DNA from: Thermodesulfobacteriota bacterium
GTDB lineage: Bacteria; Desulfobacterota; Desulfobulbia; Desulfobulbales; JBFMBH01
NCBI GenBank assembly: GCA_040755095.1
Contig: JBFMBH010000006.1
Span: forward strand, 1,290-65,289
Direction of reading: 5' to 3'
DNA length: 64,000 nt
Part shown: in pieces, positions 53,694 to 63,888 of the stretch
Layout: each line of letters begins with the position of its first letter
How positions within the stretch are numbered: the stretch's first letter is position 1
Made by a program: the position numbers and the translations under genes
The notes under the pieces: model-generated
Seen by the model: only the letters and a program-made list of their open reading frames with translations
Database searches by the model: none
What the model was told of the DNA's origin: nothing

Positions 53694-56285
53694 ATGGACC
53701 GTTTTGCGCCCGCCCTGCCCCCGGCTCTCCCTATCCTGCCCCTGCTGCCGGAGCTGACCGTCACCCTGGCTGACTATCAGTCCGCCGTGCTGGCGGCGCC
53801 GCCGGGTGCCGGCAAGACCACCGCCGTGCCCCTGGCCCTGCTCGCCGCCCCCTGGTTGGCGGGCCGGAAGATCCTGCTCCTGGAGCCGCGTCGTCTGGCC
53901 GCCCGCGCTGCCGCGGCCCGCATGGCCGAGCTGCTGACTGAGCCGGTGGGTGCCACGGTGGGCTTTTGCATCCGCTTTGAAACAAAGGTGTCTGCGGGCA
54001 CGCGCATCGAGGTCCTGACCGAAGGGGTGCTCACCCGCCGCCTGCAAAGCGATCCGGAGCTGGCCGGCGTGGGCCTGGTGATCTTCGATGAATTCCACGA
54101 GCGCTCTCTGGAGGCCGATCTCGGCCTTGCCCTCTGTCTGGATGTTCAGGAGGTCTTGCGGCCAGACTTGCGCCTGCTGGTCATGTCCGCCACCCTGGAT
54201 ACGGCGGCGGTGGCCGGCCTTCTGGGCGGGGCCCCGGTCCTCGCCGCCCAGGGTCGGGCCTTTCCGGTGACGATCCAGCATCTGCCCGAGGGGGTGGCCC
54301 TGGCCTTGCCGGAGCGTCGCCAGGACCTGGCCCGCCAGACCGCGGCCGGAATCCGGCAGCTCCTGGCCGAGACCACCGGTGATCTTCTGGCCTTTCTTCC
54401 CGGCGGCGGCGAGATCCGGGCCACCATGGCCGAGCTGGCCGCACGGCCCCAGGAAGGCCTCCTCACCGCCCCCCTCTACGGCGATCTGCCCCGGATCGAT
54501 CAGGAGCGGGCCCTCATGCCTGACCCTGGTGGCCGGCGGCGGGTGGTCCTGGCCTCGGCCATTGCCGAGACCAGCCTGACCATCGAGGGCGTGGAGGGGG
54601 TGGTGGACTGCGGCTGGACCAGGGCGCCCCGCTTCGATGCCAACCGCGGCCTCGGCCGCCTGGTGACGGTGCGGGTCTCCCAGGCCGAGGCCAGCCAGCG
54701 GGCCGGCCGGGCGGGCCGCCTGGGGCCGGGCCGCTGCCTGCGCCTCTGGCCCGCCTCCCTCACCCCCAGCCTGCGGCCGGACCGGCTGCCGGAGATGCTG
54801 GCCAGCGATCTGGCCGGCCTGGCCCTGGAGCTGGCGGCTTGGGGGGTTCATGACCCTTCGGCCCTGCGCTGGCTGGATCCGCCACCGGCCGCGGCCTGGG
54901 AGCAGGGCCGGGCGCTCCTCGCCGAGCTGGGTGCCCTGGATGCTGCGGGCCAGCTCACGGCGCGCGGCCGCGCCATGGCCCGGCTGCCGGCCGAGCCCCG
55001 GCTGGCCAGCCTGCTCCTGGCTGCGGCCCAGTGGGGTGTCCCTGCCCTGGGCTGCGACCTGGCGGCCATCTTATCCGAGCGGGATCTGCTGCTGCCCACC
55101 GCCCAACCCCGGCCCTGCGACCTGGAGCTGCGGCTGCAGGCCCTGGCGGCCTTCCGCCAACAAGGCGGTGCCGCGGCCCGCTCCCGGGGCGCCGACCCGG
55201 AGGCCTGCCGCCGGGTCACCCAGGCCAGCCGCGCCTGGGAGCGGCTGTTGCCGGCAAGGCAGGGCGAATCCGACCGGTCAGACGCGTCCGACCCGTCCGA
55301 CAAGGCGTCCCGCCCTGGTGCCCTTCTCGCTGCTGCCTTCCCGGACCGGGTGGCCAGGCTGCGGCCCGGCCGGCGGCACCACTTCACCCTGGCCGCCGGC
55401 CGCGGGGCGGTCCTGCCGCCCCATGATCCGCTGGCTGGCCACGAATTCCTGGTGGTGCCGGCTCTGGATGCTGGCCGCAGCGAGGGCCGCATCTTCCTGG
55501 CGGCCGAGGTCCACGCCGGCGAGCTGCGGTCTGTGCTGGAAGAACGGATTGAGGTCGCCGAGGAGGTGCGCTGGGACGACGGCCTGGCCGCGGCGGTCGG
55601 CCGGCGGGAGGAGCGGCTGGGCGCCGTCGTGCTCGCCAGCCTCCCCCTGGCAAGGCCGGAGCCCGCGGCCCTGGCCGCCTGCCTCCTGGCCCAGCTGACC
55701 CGGCTGGGACCGGGCGCCCTGCCCTTCAGCCCGGCGGCCCGGGAGCTCCAGGCCCGGGTGCTGTCGCTCCGGGCCTGGCGGCCGGCCGAAGGCTGGCCGG
55801 ATCTGAGCGACCAGGCCCTGGGCCAGGAGCTGGCCGGCTGGCTGGGACCGGCCCTTGCGGGCCTGGCCTCCCTGGCCGACCTTGCCCGCCTGGATCTGGC
55901 GGCCCTTCTCGCCGGCCGCCTGACCTGGGAAGAGCGCCAGCGCCTTGTGACCGGTGCCCCCACCCATCTGACGGTGCCCAGCGGCAGCCGCCGGCGCCTT
56001 GCCTACCAGCCCGGCGGGCCGCCGGTTCTGGCCGTCCGCCTCCAGGAGCTGTTCGGGCTCGCCGCCACCCCCACGGTCTGCTGGGGCCAGGTGCCGGTGA
56101 TGCTCCACCTCCTCTCCCCGGCCGGCCGGCCCATCCAGGTCACCCAGGACCTGGCCGGCTTCTGGGCCCGCACCTACCCGGAGGTGCGCCGGGAGCTCCG
56201 GGGCCGCTACCCCCGCCATCCCTGGCCCGAGGATCCCTGGCGCGCGCCGCCCACCAGCCGCGCCCAGCCCCGGCCGCGCCGGTAG
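53694..56285 (+). CDS. hrpB: ATP-dependent RNA helicase HrpB (DEAH-box family)
   Basis: 'APPGAGKTT', 'VIFDEFHERSLEAD', 'MSATLD', 'TSLTIEGV' and 'QRAGRAGR'. The C-terminal HrpB-specific region ends 'RYPRHPWPEDP'. Start is ATG 53694. Confidence 0.9.
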   Translation: MDRFAPALPPALPILPLLPELTVTLADYQSAVLAAPPGAGKTTAVPLALLAAPWLAGRKILLLEPRRLAARAAAARMAELLTEPVGATVGFCIRFETKVSAGTRIEVLTEGVLTRRLQSDPELAGVGLVIFDEFHERSLEADLGLALCLDVQEVLRPDLRLLVMSATLDTAAVAGLLGGAPVLAAQGRAFPVTIQHLPEGVALALPERRQDLARQTAAGIRQLLAETTGDLLAFLPGGGEIRATMAELAARPQEGLLTAPLYGDLPRIDQERALMPDPGGRRRVVLASAIAETSLTIEGVEGVVDCGWTRAPRFDANRGLGRLVTVRVSQAEASQRAGRAGRLGPGRCLRLWPASLTPSLRPDRLPEMLASDLAGLALELAAWGVHDPSALRWLDPPPAAAWEQGRALLAELGALDAAGQLTARGRAMARLPAEPRLASLLLAAAQWGVPALGCDLAAILSERDLLLPTAQPRPCDLELRLQALAAFRQQGGAAARSRGADPEACRRVTQASRAWERLLPARQGESDRSDASDPSDKASRPGALLAAAFPDRVARLRPGRRHHFTLAAGRGAVLPPHDPLAGHEFLVVPALDAGRSEGRIFLAAEVHAGELRSVLEERIEVAEEVRWDDGLAAAVGRREERLGAVVLASLPLARPEPAALAACLLAQLTRLGPGALPFSPAARELQARVLSLRAWRPAEGWPDLSDQALGQELAGWLGPALAGLASLADLARLDLAALLAGRLTWEERQRLVTGAPTHLTVPSGSRRRLAYQPGGPPVLAVRLQELFGLAATPTVCWGQVPVMLHLLSPAGRPIQVTQDLAGFWARTYPEVRRELRGRYPRHPWPEDPWRAPPTSRAQPRPRR

Positions 56286-56296
56286 CCCGCCCCGCC

Positions 56297-58543
56297 CTAT
56301 CGGGGGAATACCCGGCCTTCCGTGAGCACAATGCCCTGGCTGAGGTCGCCCACCCGGATGACGAATTCCCCGGCCTCGGCCCGCCAGTGCAGCTCGCGGT
56401 CCACCAAGGCCAGATCCCGGGGGGAGAGGGTGAGGGTCAGACGCCGGCTCTCGCCAGGCGCGAGCCGGATCTTCCGGAAGGCCTTGAGCCGCTTCACCGC
56501 GGGCGCGACGCTGGCCACCAGGTCGCTGGCATAGACCTGCACCACCTCGAAGCCGGGCCGCCGGCCGGTATTGAGCACCTCCACCGCGACGGTCAAGGTG
56601 CCGTCCGGGCCCAGCTGCCGGGGCGAGACCTCCAGATGCCGGTAGGCAAAGGTGGTGTGGGCCAGGCCGGCGCCAAAGGGGTACAGGCAGTCGAAGGCAT
56701 AATCCTCCGAGATCCGGTGGTCGTAGGTGGCGAGCCCATTGGGCCCCCGGGGATAGGTGAAGGGCAGCCGGCCCGCGGGCTCGGCATCGCCGAACAGCAC
56801 CTCGGCCACTGCCCGGCCGCCCTCGTTGCCGGGCAGATACGCCTGGAGCACCGCCGCCATGGCGGGCTCGATGGCGGTGATGATCCGGGGCCGCCCCTGG
56901 GCCAGAACCAGCACCGTGGGCTTGCCCAGGGCAGCCAGCATCCTGGCCAGCTCCAGCTGCGCCGCCGGCAGGGTGAGATCGTCGATGTTGCCGAAGTTCT
57001 CGGCATAGGCCGGCTCGCCCAGGCAGAGGATGATGGCGTCCACCCCGTCCGCCGCGGCCGCCACCGCCTCCGGGTCCACGGCCCCGTCTTCCCGCCAGGG
57101 CAGATGCCGTGCCCGCTCGCCGCCCACCTGGGCGCGGATGGCATCGAGGATGGTCACCCCGTCCGGCAGATAGCGATCGGTCTCCGCCCCCTGCCAGGTG
57201 TAGCTCCAGCCGCCGTTCAGGGGCGCCATGGCGTCCGCCGCCGGACCGGCCACCAGGAGCCGGCCGCTCTTGGCCAGGGGCAGGACCCCGCCCTGGTTCT
57301 TCAGAAGGGTCAGGGAGGCGACCGCTGCCTCCAGGGCGACCTGGCGATGGGCCGGGGAGGCATAGGCCGGGTACTGCTCGGCCGGATGGATCGGGGTCGC
57401 GAACAGGCCCAGACGGGCCTTGAAGGCAAGGATGCGGCGGACGGCATCGTCGATTCTGGCCTCGGCCACCCGCCCCTCCCGCACCAGGGTGACCAGCTCC
57501 TGGGCGTGCTCGACATCGAACGGCACCATGGCCAGATCGACCCCGGCAGCGGTCGCCAGGGCGATGGCCTCCTTGCGGCTCGCAGCCGCCCGGTGGTGGG
57601 CGTAGATGTTCTCCACCGAGCCCCAGTCCGACACCGCCACGCCGGCAAAGCCCAGCTCGTCCTTCAAAAGGCCCTGCACCAGCCCCGGATCGGCATGGAC
57701 CGGCAGGCCGTCGATATCCGCCAGGCTCAGGACCACGGCTTGCGCTCCGGCGGCCATCCCCTGGACAAAGGGCGGCAGGAACAGCTCCTGCAAGGCCCGC
57801 CGGCTGACGCTCACCGTGGTGCGGTCCTTGCCGGAGACCGGGATGGTGTAGCCCAGGAAATGCTTGAGGGTCGCCCCCACCCGGTGGGGCTGGGCCGGGT
57901 CCTGGCCCTGGAGACCCCGCACAAAGGCGGCGGTCAGCTCGCCGGCCAGGAAGGTATCCTCGCCAAAGGTCTCGAAGAACCGGGAGTGCACCGGGCTTCT
58001 GCCCGGCTCGGCAGTGGGGGCGAACACCCAGGGGATGCCCTGGGCCCGGGTCTCGTAGGCGCTGATCCGGGCCACCCGCTCCACCAGCTCCGGATCCCAG
58101 GTGGCCGCCAGGCCGATCTGCTGGGGAAACGAGGTGGCCTCCTGGGCGTAGGTCATGCCGTGCACGGCATCGATGCCATAGAGCACCGGGATCCCCAGTC
58201 GGGTGCCCCTGGCCAGCTCCTGGATCTCGGCGATCATCTGCCGCCAGTGCTCCCGGGGGAAGGCATGGTGGCCGATGTTGAAGAGGGCGCCCACGTGGTG
58301 CTCGACAATGGCCCGCTGCAGCCGCTCCGGATCCAGCTCGTGGGGCTCCGCCGGGCTGAAGGGCAGCTGCCCCTTGGATACGGCGTTCAGGGTCAGCATG
58401 GTCATCTGCCCCACCTTCTCCGGGAGGGTCATAGCCGCCAGCAGGGCCTCGATATCCGGGCCCGGGCCGGCGGCGGCGCTGGCCGGGCCGGCAAGGGTGA
58501 GGGCCAGGATCAAAACGACAGGGAAAGTCTCCTTCGTGCGCAT
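56297..58543 (-). CDS. Secreted glycoside hydrolase family 3 (beta-glucosidase/BglX-like)
   Basis: Signal peptide 'MRTKETFPVVLILALTLAGPASA'. 'EKVGQM', 'GIDAVHG' and 'VSDWGS' (nucleophile Asp context). ATG 58543 is preceded by GAGGAGGGAG. Confidence 0.85.
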   Translation of the reverse strand: MRTKETFPVVLILALTLAGPASAAAGPGPDIEALLAAMTLPEKVGQMTMLTLNAVSKGQLPFSPAEPHELDPERLQRAIVEHHVGALFNIGHHAFPREHWRQMIAEIQELARGTRLGIPVLYGIDAVHGMTYAQEATSFPQQIGLAATWDPELVERVARISAYETRAQGIPWVFAPTAEPGRSPVHSRFFETFGEDTFLAGELTAAFVRGLQGQDPAQPHRVGATLKHFLGYTIPVSGKDRTTVSVSRRALQELFLPPFVQGMAAGAQAVVLSLADIDGLPVHADPGLVQGLLKDELGFAGVAVSDWGSVENIYAHHRAAASRKEAIALATAAGVDLAMVPFDVEHAQELVTLVREGRVAEARIDDAVRRILAFKARLGLFATPIHPAEQYPAYASPAHRQVALEAAVASLTLLKNQGGVLPLAKSGRLLVAGPAADAMAPLNGGWSYTWQGAETDRYLPDGVTILDAIRAQVGGERARHLPWREDGAVDPEAVAAAADGVDAIILCLGEPAYAENFGNIDDLTLPAAQLELARMLAALGKPTVLVLAQGRPRIITAIEPAMAAVLQAYLPGNEGGRAVAEVLFGDAEPAGRLPFTYPRGPNGLATYDHRISEDYAFDCLYPFGAGLAHTTFAYRHLEVSPRQLGPDGTLTVAVEVLNTGRRPGFEVVQVYASDLVASVAPAVKRLKAFRKIRLAPGESRRLTLTLSPRDLALVDRELHWRAEAGEFVIRVGDLSQGIVLTEGRVFPR

Positions 58544-58737
58544 AGCTCCCTCCTCATGTTTATGGGGAGAGCATCTCTTAACGAGCAAAGGAAGCGACTG
58601 TCAAGCCTGACGATGGCACATTACCGCCTGGATGGTAGACCGTTCCACCGTGGGAAGGTCAAGATGATCTCCATCGCCAGCCATACCAAACCCAGCACTG
58701 ACCACGTTGTTCTTCTCCCAGAGATCTGACTTTGTCA

Positions 58738-58764
58738 TTGACAACCAATCAATGACTCTATTAT
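58738..58764 (+). promoter_or_regulatory. Candidate promoter in the AT-richer spacer upstream of the giant kinase
   Basis: TTGACA (58738..58743), 15-nt spacer, TATTAT (58759..58764). The short spacer keeps confidence low. TGAC/GTCA half-sites are clustered around it. Confidence 0.3.
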
Positions 58765-58835
58765 GAGTTCTGCTCGTGGAGTAGGAACAGTGTCAGTTAT
58801 TGTCTTTCTTACCGCGTAGGGGGCGCGTCAATGCC

Positions 58836-61800
58836 ATGACAGGATGTCCACTCCTTCAGATCATCACCGGTGGCGGCTCCAAGGGCCTCCAGGGGGTGCT
58901 CGCCGATCTTGTCGCGCATGCGGCCGACAAGCTGGGGCCTGCCTCATGCCAGAGCTATCTCCTCGATGGGGCCTCGGGAACCCTCAAGCCTGAGGCCTCT
59001 TGGCCACCCGAAGCCGACATTCCTCCGGCGGAGCCACCTTCCGAAGTGGCGGAGGCATACCGGGCAGAGCGCCTAGTCGCGGGGCGGCAGGGCGTCGCAA
59101 TGCCGCTTCCTGCCGGCAGGAAGGTGATCGGGGCGCTCCACTTCTCCTTCCAGCCACCGGCGACCGCCCGCGGCACAGCGCGCATCCAACCCGAGGCAAG
59201 CACTGCCCAGGTCAAAGCAACGGCGGACTTCCTCGCGTCGCTCTGGGAGCCGCATGTCCGAGAGGCGATGTGGGAAAGGGTCCTGTTCTCGACCTGGGAG
59301 GAGATCCAGCTGGCAGGCGAAGGACCACTGGCCCTCAAGGAGGCGGTGGACCGCTTTGTGGAGGAGTTTCGGCAGGCGTTTGACGACTCCGTGTGGTCGC
59401 CGCCTGACATGCTCTACCTCCAGCTGGTCGACCAGCACCAGCGGGCGATCCGAACCGTGCGCGGCTTCGGGATGCCGCTGAGCTTCGAATTCCTGCCTGC
59501 CCACCCGCTGGCCACCGGGGACGCCCAGGCCAAGCTGGACATCCAGGCCGACGTGGTACACCATCTGCGACCGGAATTCATTGTCGGCAACGACTGCCAG
59601 CGCTTCGACCAGCGGATCTTCTTCCAGTATGGCCATGAGAGGTTCAGCAGGTTCTGGTTCCCCCTCTTCCCCCTGCTCGCTTTGCCACGCGCCAGCGACG
59701 ATGTCGACGCCATCGAGGCTTATCTCCAAAACGCATTGGCCTGGCCGGACGAAAAGCAAGGTAGTGGGTTTGTCAGTCAGGCCGCGAATTGGGTCGCCCG
59801 CCCACCCCCGCCCGCAGATCTGGTGCTCGGCACAGTGGAGATCGGTTACCTCCGGAAGAGTCCAGACCGGCTGCGCCTGGATCCCTGGACACCTGAGCAG
59901 GGAACCCGGGCCATGGCCACGGGACTCTTCTTTGCCAACCGTCTGTTCCGGGCCACCCAAGCAGGCGCCCTGGAGAGAATCGGCAGCGCCCTTGCCCTGG
60001 TGAGGCCCGGGCGGACGCACGCCCTGCAACTCCATGTCACGAACGGCCGCAAGGTTGAGACGCGGGAATACCCTGCCCCTGCTCCCTGGGGGGTGGCCAT
60101 TGCCCGGGCCACGGATGGCCCAGCACCACAGCGGGACCAGCCGCCTCTGCGCCGTTCGTGCACAGTGGTCTTTGAACAGCCCGGACAAGCCGCTGTGGCC
60201 GATGCTGGGGTGACCGCGGACCTCTGCCAGGAAATCGACCAGCGGGTGAGCCGGGCCGCAGACGTGGCCTCCCACCTTTTCCGGGGCTTCTTCTATCCCC
60301 AGGAGTTGGTGGTGCCAGACCGGAACCCCAGTGCCATGGGCCTGCGGGTCAAGGACGAGACGGTGTTGTCGGTCTGCGAGGAGGCCGCCGTGATGGCTGG
60401 TGCGGTCTGCTGCCTGGCCTATTTCTTCGCGCCTGGGGAGGACACCCCGTCCTTGCGACGCCCTCCCACAGTCTGGGGGGAGATGCCCCGGCAGCCGTCC
60501 GACTTCCGGACGAGGGTTGACGCCGAGGCGGAAGAAGTGGCTGCAGGCCGAACCTCCCGTTACGACGTGGCCATCGGCCACGGCACCGGCTCATCCTGCC
60601 TGACCATGCTGCCCCTGGAGCTGTCCGAGGCGACCACCGGGGTGCTGGCTCTCATCCACCAGCCAGGAAACAGCTCTCCCATCCCTGTCCTCCGCGCTGA
60701 TCTCGAAAGAAGGATTCCCCGGTGGGTCTACCGCCTGCACATCCTCCACCTCGTCTCGCACAGTCGGTTTCTTGCCCTTACCACCAGCCTCCGGAAGGAG
60801 ATCGCGGAGGCCTACAGGAACTTCACCAATGGCCATCGGAACGTGCGGCTTTTCATCGAAGACGTCGTCCGCAAAAGCGTCCAGCTCATCAAGCCGGTCG
60901 CCGCCTGGATCACTGACCCCAGGACCACTCCCCAGGCCGGCCCCAGCCGCATCTATCGACACTGGTGCATTCCCAACGGCACCGCTGACCCTCCCCGGAT
61001 CTTCAACCACCTCTTTGCCCCAGCCACCCCCTCGGGTCCGTGTCAGGAGGCCTGTACGACCGGACGGCCGGTCATCTGCAGCGGCGGCGACAAGAAGACC
61101 AGGATCCGGAGCTTCATTACGGCTCTGGAGCAGGAGGCCAAGCAGCAACATGAGGGCGGGGAACGTGATATCGCCAACCGCCTCCGGCGGTTTGCCAGTG
61201 CCGTCGACCACGCCGAAGGGGAGTCCACCATCGTCACCATCCCGCTGGCCAGGCGGCCAGAAGAGAAGGGCAGCCTCAAACCCACCTTCACCTGGCTTCT
61301 CCAGGGTGACCTCCATTCCGACGAGGACCAACAGCTCCTGCTGCTCGAGCTCGGGGAGGTGCTAGCCGAGACCCTCCATCAGGCCCAGGGCATTGAAAGG
61401 CAGGAATACGAAGAGCGTTCCCAGGAACAATTGGATGCCCTGGGCCACAACCTAGCCATGCAGGGAGGCTGTGACGACGCCTTTGGCGCCTGGCTCCAAT
61501 GGCTCGCTGGCAAGAAGTGGCCTTGCCTGGGGCGGGACGTAGTCATCTGGCTGTTCTCCGCCAACGCCAAGACCCTGGTGGCCCGTTCCTGCAGGGGCCA
61601 GGCTCTTGAAGCACTACATCAGGCAGGGAATCTGGAGGTGATCGATCTGACGGATCATCCGCTGGCCCACGACAAGATTGACGCGGCCCGGATAGGGAGC
61701 TGGCCACTCGGGTCATCCATGCTGTGGTCAATGCCACTCCAGTACCACAACAGAACCCCGGGCCGGCGCCTGCTCGCCGCATACGCCAAGAAGACCGACG

Positions 61801-63377
61801 GGAACCACCTGGTTTCCTTTCCCATGGTGGATGCCACGGGCCAGGTCTTCGGGGTGGTGGATTGTCTTCGTTCCGAACTGTTCGAGGTCGAAGAGGAGAA
61901 GGTCCTGGGGCACATGCTGCGCCGGGTGACGGGAATCTTCCTTGCCAAGATTACCGAGCTCCGCCTGCGACGGAGCAGAGAAACCATCAACGAGCTTTTC
62001 GCAGACACGAAAAAATTTCTCCTCGATTTCCAGGCCGAGCAGGCGTGCAAGAGCCTGGTGGAAGGCATTCGTAAGTTCTTCCAGTGCGAACATTGCGATC
62101 TCTTTTTCGCGGATCAGGCAGAGGCCATGGCCCTGCTGGCCACCACCAGGGAGCAGGGCCCAGTCACTGATTCGGATCGCTTCCGCTTCCGAATCCTCGC
62201 TTATGGGGAGGACGACGAGATCCTGGCCCGTTGTCTTCGCAATGGCGCGGCAGACATCCAACACCGAAGGGAGGGCACAAAGCCCTCCCGTGCCACCCAG
62301 CTGTCAGAGGACCTTGGCGTCCTCCTGGGCGGAGCGCTTTCTGCCGAGCGGCTGGTCATGCCGCTCCTGGACACCGCGCGTGGAGGGAAGAGGTGTGTAG
62401 GTCTCCTGCACCTGGAGAATCCGCAGCAGCGGGAACAGCAGGTGCTCGACGGCCAGCAGCAAAAGACCAGAGTCTTGAAGCGAAGCTGTCGCTTCACAGC
62501 CGAGGACCTGCGGCTGGCCGAGGAGATGGCCCCTGCCCTGCAACGGATCCTCCTTACCATCGCGCTGTCAGAGAAACAGGTCTGGCTCATCCGGGACGTC
62601 ATGCACTCCCTGGGGCACCCCCTGCAAACCCTCCGCGATGAGGTGCAGGGCCTGCTCCTGGCACTGACCAGAGGCGGGGAGGTGCCGTATCTGGAACTCC
62701 AATCCATGAATGATCGGGTGGAATGGGCCTTCCAGTTCGTCCACGATGCCCGGGACCGCTGGACCTTCTTCACTACCCCCCGATCCCCCGATCACCGATG
62801 GACCTATGAGAGCGTGAACCTCAAGGACTTTGTCCAGAGATGCTGCGACTCCATGGCCTCAGTGGCCAAGCGTGGCCGAAACCGCATCGCCTATGCCGAC
62901 CTGAAGGCGATCCGGCCTATCCAGGCAGTCCCCGAATGGCTCCGGATTGCCGTCATCAACCTCCTGGAGAATGCCTGCAAGTACTCCTGGCAGGACGGCG
63001 AGGTGGCTGTTGCCTTGGATGAATCGGATGATGGCACCATCCGCGTGCAGATCAGGAACTGGGGGATCGGCATCCCGGCGGAAGACCGGGAAAGGATCTT
63101 CCAGCCCTACTACCGGTCCCGGGTTCCGGACGCCAGGGGAACCCGGCCCGGGACTGGCATCGGCCTTGCCATTGTCAGGGAGGCCGTCGAAAACATCCAC
63201 CGAGGCAAGATTCTGGTGGAAAGTGTCCCTGTCAGGGAAGAACCAGCCGGCCGCACCTCGGAAACGGGGCCGGCCCCAGGCCGGGTCGAGCATTGCACCA
63301 CCTTCACCATCGCGCTTGACCGGGCAACACTGGCGAACCTGGCGGAACAGAACCCCACCGATGAAGGAGAAGCCTGA
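58836..63377 (+). CDS. Giant soluble sensor histidine kinase (1513 aa). About 1250 aa of the N-terminus is unassigned (GAF-like repeats?), followed by HisKA and HATPase_c.
   Basis: I saw no hydrophobic TM stretch. H-box 'RDVMHSLGHPLQTLRDEV' (His codon 62604..62606). N-box 'INLLENACKYS'. G1 'IRNWGIGIPAEDRERIFQPYYRS'. G2 'GTGIGLAIV'. Recurrent GAF-like strands: 'RKVIGALHFSF', 'TGVLALIHQPG', 'QVFGVVDCLRSE' and 'KRCVGLLHLENP'. Start is ATG 58836. The track start is TTG 58800. Confidence 0.8.
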   Translation: MTGCPLLQIITGGGSKGLQGVLADLVAHAADKLGPASCQSYLLDGASGTLKPEASWPPEADIPPAEPPSEVAEAYRAERLVAGRQGVAMPLPAGRKVIGALHFSFQPPATARGTARIQPEASTAQVKATADFLASLWEPHVREAMWERVLFSTWEEIQLAGEGPLALKEAVDRFVEEFRQAFDDSVWSPPDMLYLQLVDQHQRAIRTVRGFGMPLSFEFLPAHPLATGDAQAKLDIQADVVHHLRPEFIVGNDCQRFDQRIFFQYGHERFSRFWFPLFPLLALPRASDDVDAIEAYLQNALAWPDEKQGSGFVSQAANWVARPPPPADLVLGTVEIGYLRKSPDRLRLDPWTPEQGTRAMATGLFFANRLFRATQAGALERIGSALALVRPGRTHALQLHVTNGRKVETREYPAPAPWGVAIARATDGPAPQRDQPPLRRSCTVVFEQPGQAAVADAGVTADLCQEIDQRVSRAADVASHLFRGFFYPQELVVPDRNPSAMGLRVKDETVLSVCEEAAVMAGAVCCLAYFFAPGEDTPSLRRPPTVWGEMPRQPSDFRTRVDAEAEEVAAGRTSRYDVAIGHGTGSSCLTMLPLELSEATTGVLALIHQPGNSSPIPVLRADLERRIPRWVYRLHILHLVSHSRFLALTTSLRKEIAEAYRNFTNGHRNVRLFIEDVVRKSVQLIKPVAAWITDPRTTPQAGPSRIYRHWCIPNGTADPPRIFNHLFAPATPSGPCQEACTTGRPVICSGGDKKTRIRSFITALEQEAKQQHEGGERDIANRLRRFASAVDHAEGESTIVTIPLARRPEEKGSLKPTFTWLLQGDLHSDEDQQLLLLELGEVLAETLHQAQGIERQEYEERSQEQLDALGHNLAMQGGCDDAFGAWLQWLAGKKWPCLGRDVVIWLFSANAKTLVARSCRGQALEALHQAGNLEVIDLTDHPLAHDKIDAARIGSWPLGSSMLWSMPLQYHNRTPGRRLLAAYAKKTDGNHLVSFPMVDATGQVFGVVDCLRSELFEVEEEKVLGHMLRRVTGIFLAKITELRLRRSRETINELFADTKKFLLDFQAEQACKSLVEGIRKFFQCEHCDLFFADQAEAMALLATTREQGPVTDSDRFRFRILAYGEDDEILARCLRNGAADIQHRREGTKPSRATQLSEDLGVLLGGALSAERLVMPLLDTARGGKRCVGLLHLENPQQREQQVLDGQQQKTRVLKRSCRFTAEDLRLAEEMAPALQRILLTIALSEKQVWLIRDVMHSLGHPLQTLRDEVQGLLLALTRGGEVPYLELQSMNDRVEWAFQFVHDARDRWTFFTTPRSPDHRWTYESVNLKDFVQRCCDSMASVAKRGRNRIAYADLKAIRPIQAVPEWLRIAVINLLENACKYSWQDGEVAVALDESDDGTIRVQIRNWGIGIPAEDRERIFQPYYRSRVPDARGTRPGTGIGLAIVREAVENIHRGKILVESVPVREEPAGRTSETGPAPGRVEHCTTFTIALDRATLANLAEQNPTDEGEA

Positions 63378-63883
63378 TGGCCGCGCCACCGTCGAAACGA
63401 ATCCTGATCGTTGAGGATGAGCCTGATCTGCGGGACAAGCTCAAGGGCTTGCTGACCAAGTACCAGGCCTTCCAGATCCTGGAAGCCGCGGATGCTAGGC
63501 AGGCGCAGGACATCGTTCAAGAGCCTGGCCAGCGGCTGGCGGCAGTTATCCTGGACATCATGCTCTCCTATGGCACCCCGTCGCCCAATCTCGGGCAGGA
63601 CAATGATCCGGACATGGTGGACACCGGGGTGCGGTTGCTGCAGTGGCTGCGGGAGACCGTCCAGGACCGATCCGTCTGGGTCGCCGTCACCACCTCTCGG
63701 GTCAACCCCCGGCTTGTCTCGAGAGTTCGATCGCTCCTGGGCCGCCGGGGCAAGATCTATCCCAAGCCATACAACCGTCTGCTCCTCGAGCACGACCTGG
63801 CCCTGGTGCTCGGGGAGGGAAGCCAGGTTCCGGCTGTCCTGATCCCGGTCGACTACTCGCCTCCCAGCCATGAGTCGGAGTAG
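63377..63883 (+). CDS. Stand-alone receiver-domain protein with an atypical insertion
   Basis: 'KRILIVEDEPDLRDKL', 'AAVILDIML' (phospho-Asp context), 'VAVTTS' and 'KPY'. An insertion of about 25 aa, 'SYGTPSPNLGQDNDPDMVDTGVRLLQWL', follows beta3. The ATG overlaps the kinase TGA by 1 nt (TGATG). Confidence 0.75.
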   Translation: MAAPPSKRILIVEDEPDLRDKLKGLLTKYQAFQILEAADARQAQDIVQEPGQRLAAVILDIMLSYGTPSPNLGQDNDPDMVDTGVRLLQWLRETVQDRSVWVAVTTSRVNPRLVSRVRSLLGRRGKIYPKPYNRLLLEHDLALVLGEGSQVPAVLIPVDYSPPSHESE

Positions 63884-63888
63884 GAATC

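Noticed and set aside
55266-55301. 9-nt periodic TCCGAC/TCAGAC repeat in hrpB (protein ESD-RSD-ASD-PSD).
   Set aside because: It is an in-frame, short, low-complexity Ser-Asp linker inside a well-supported helicase gene. Its hexamer only superficially resembles the intergenic GTCCAT array. There is no evidence of independent function.
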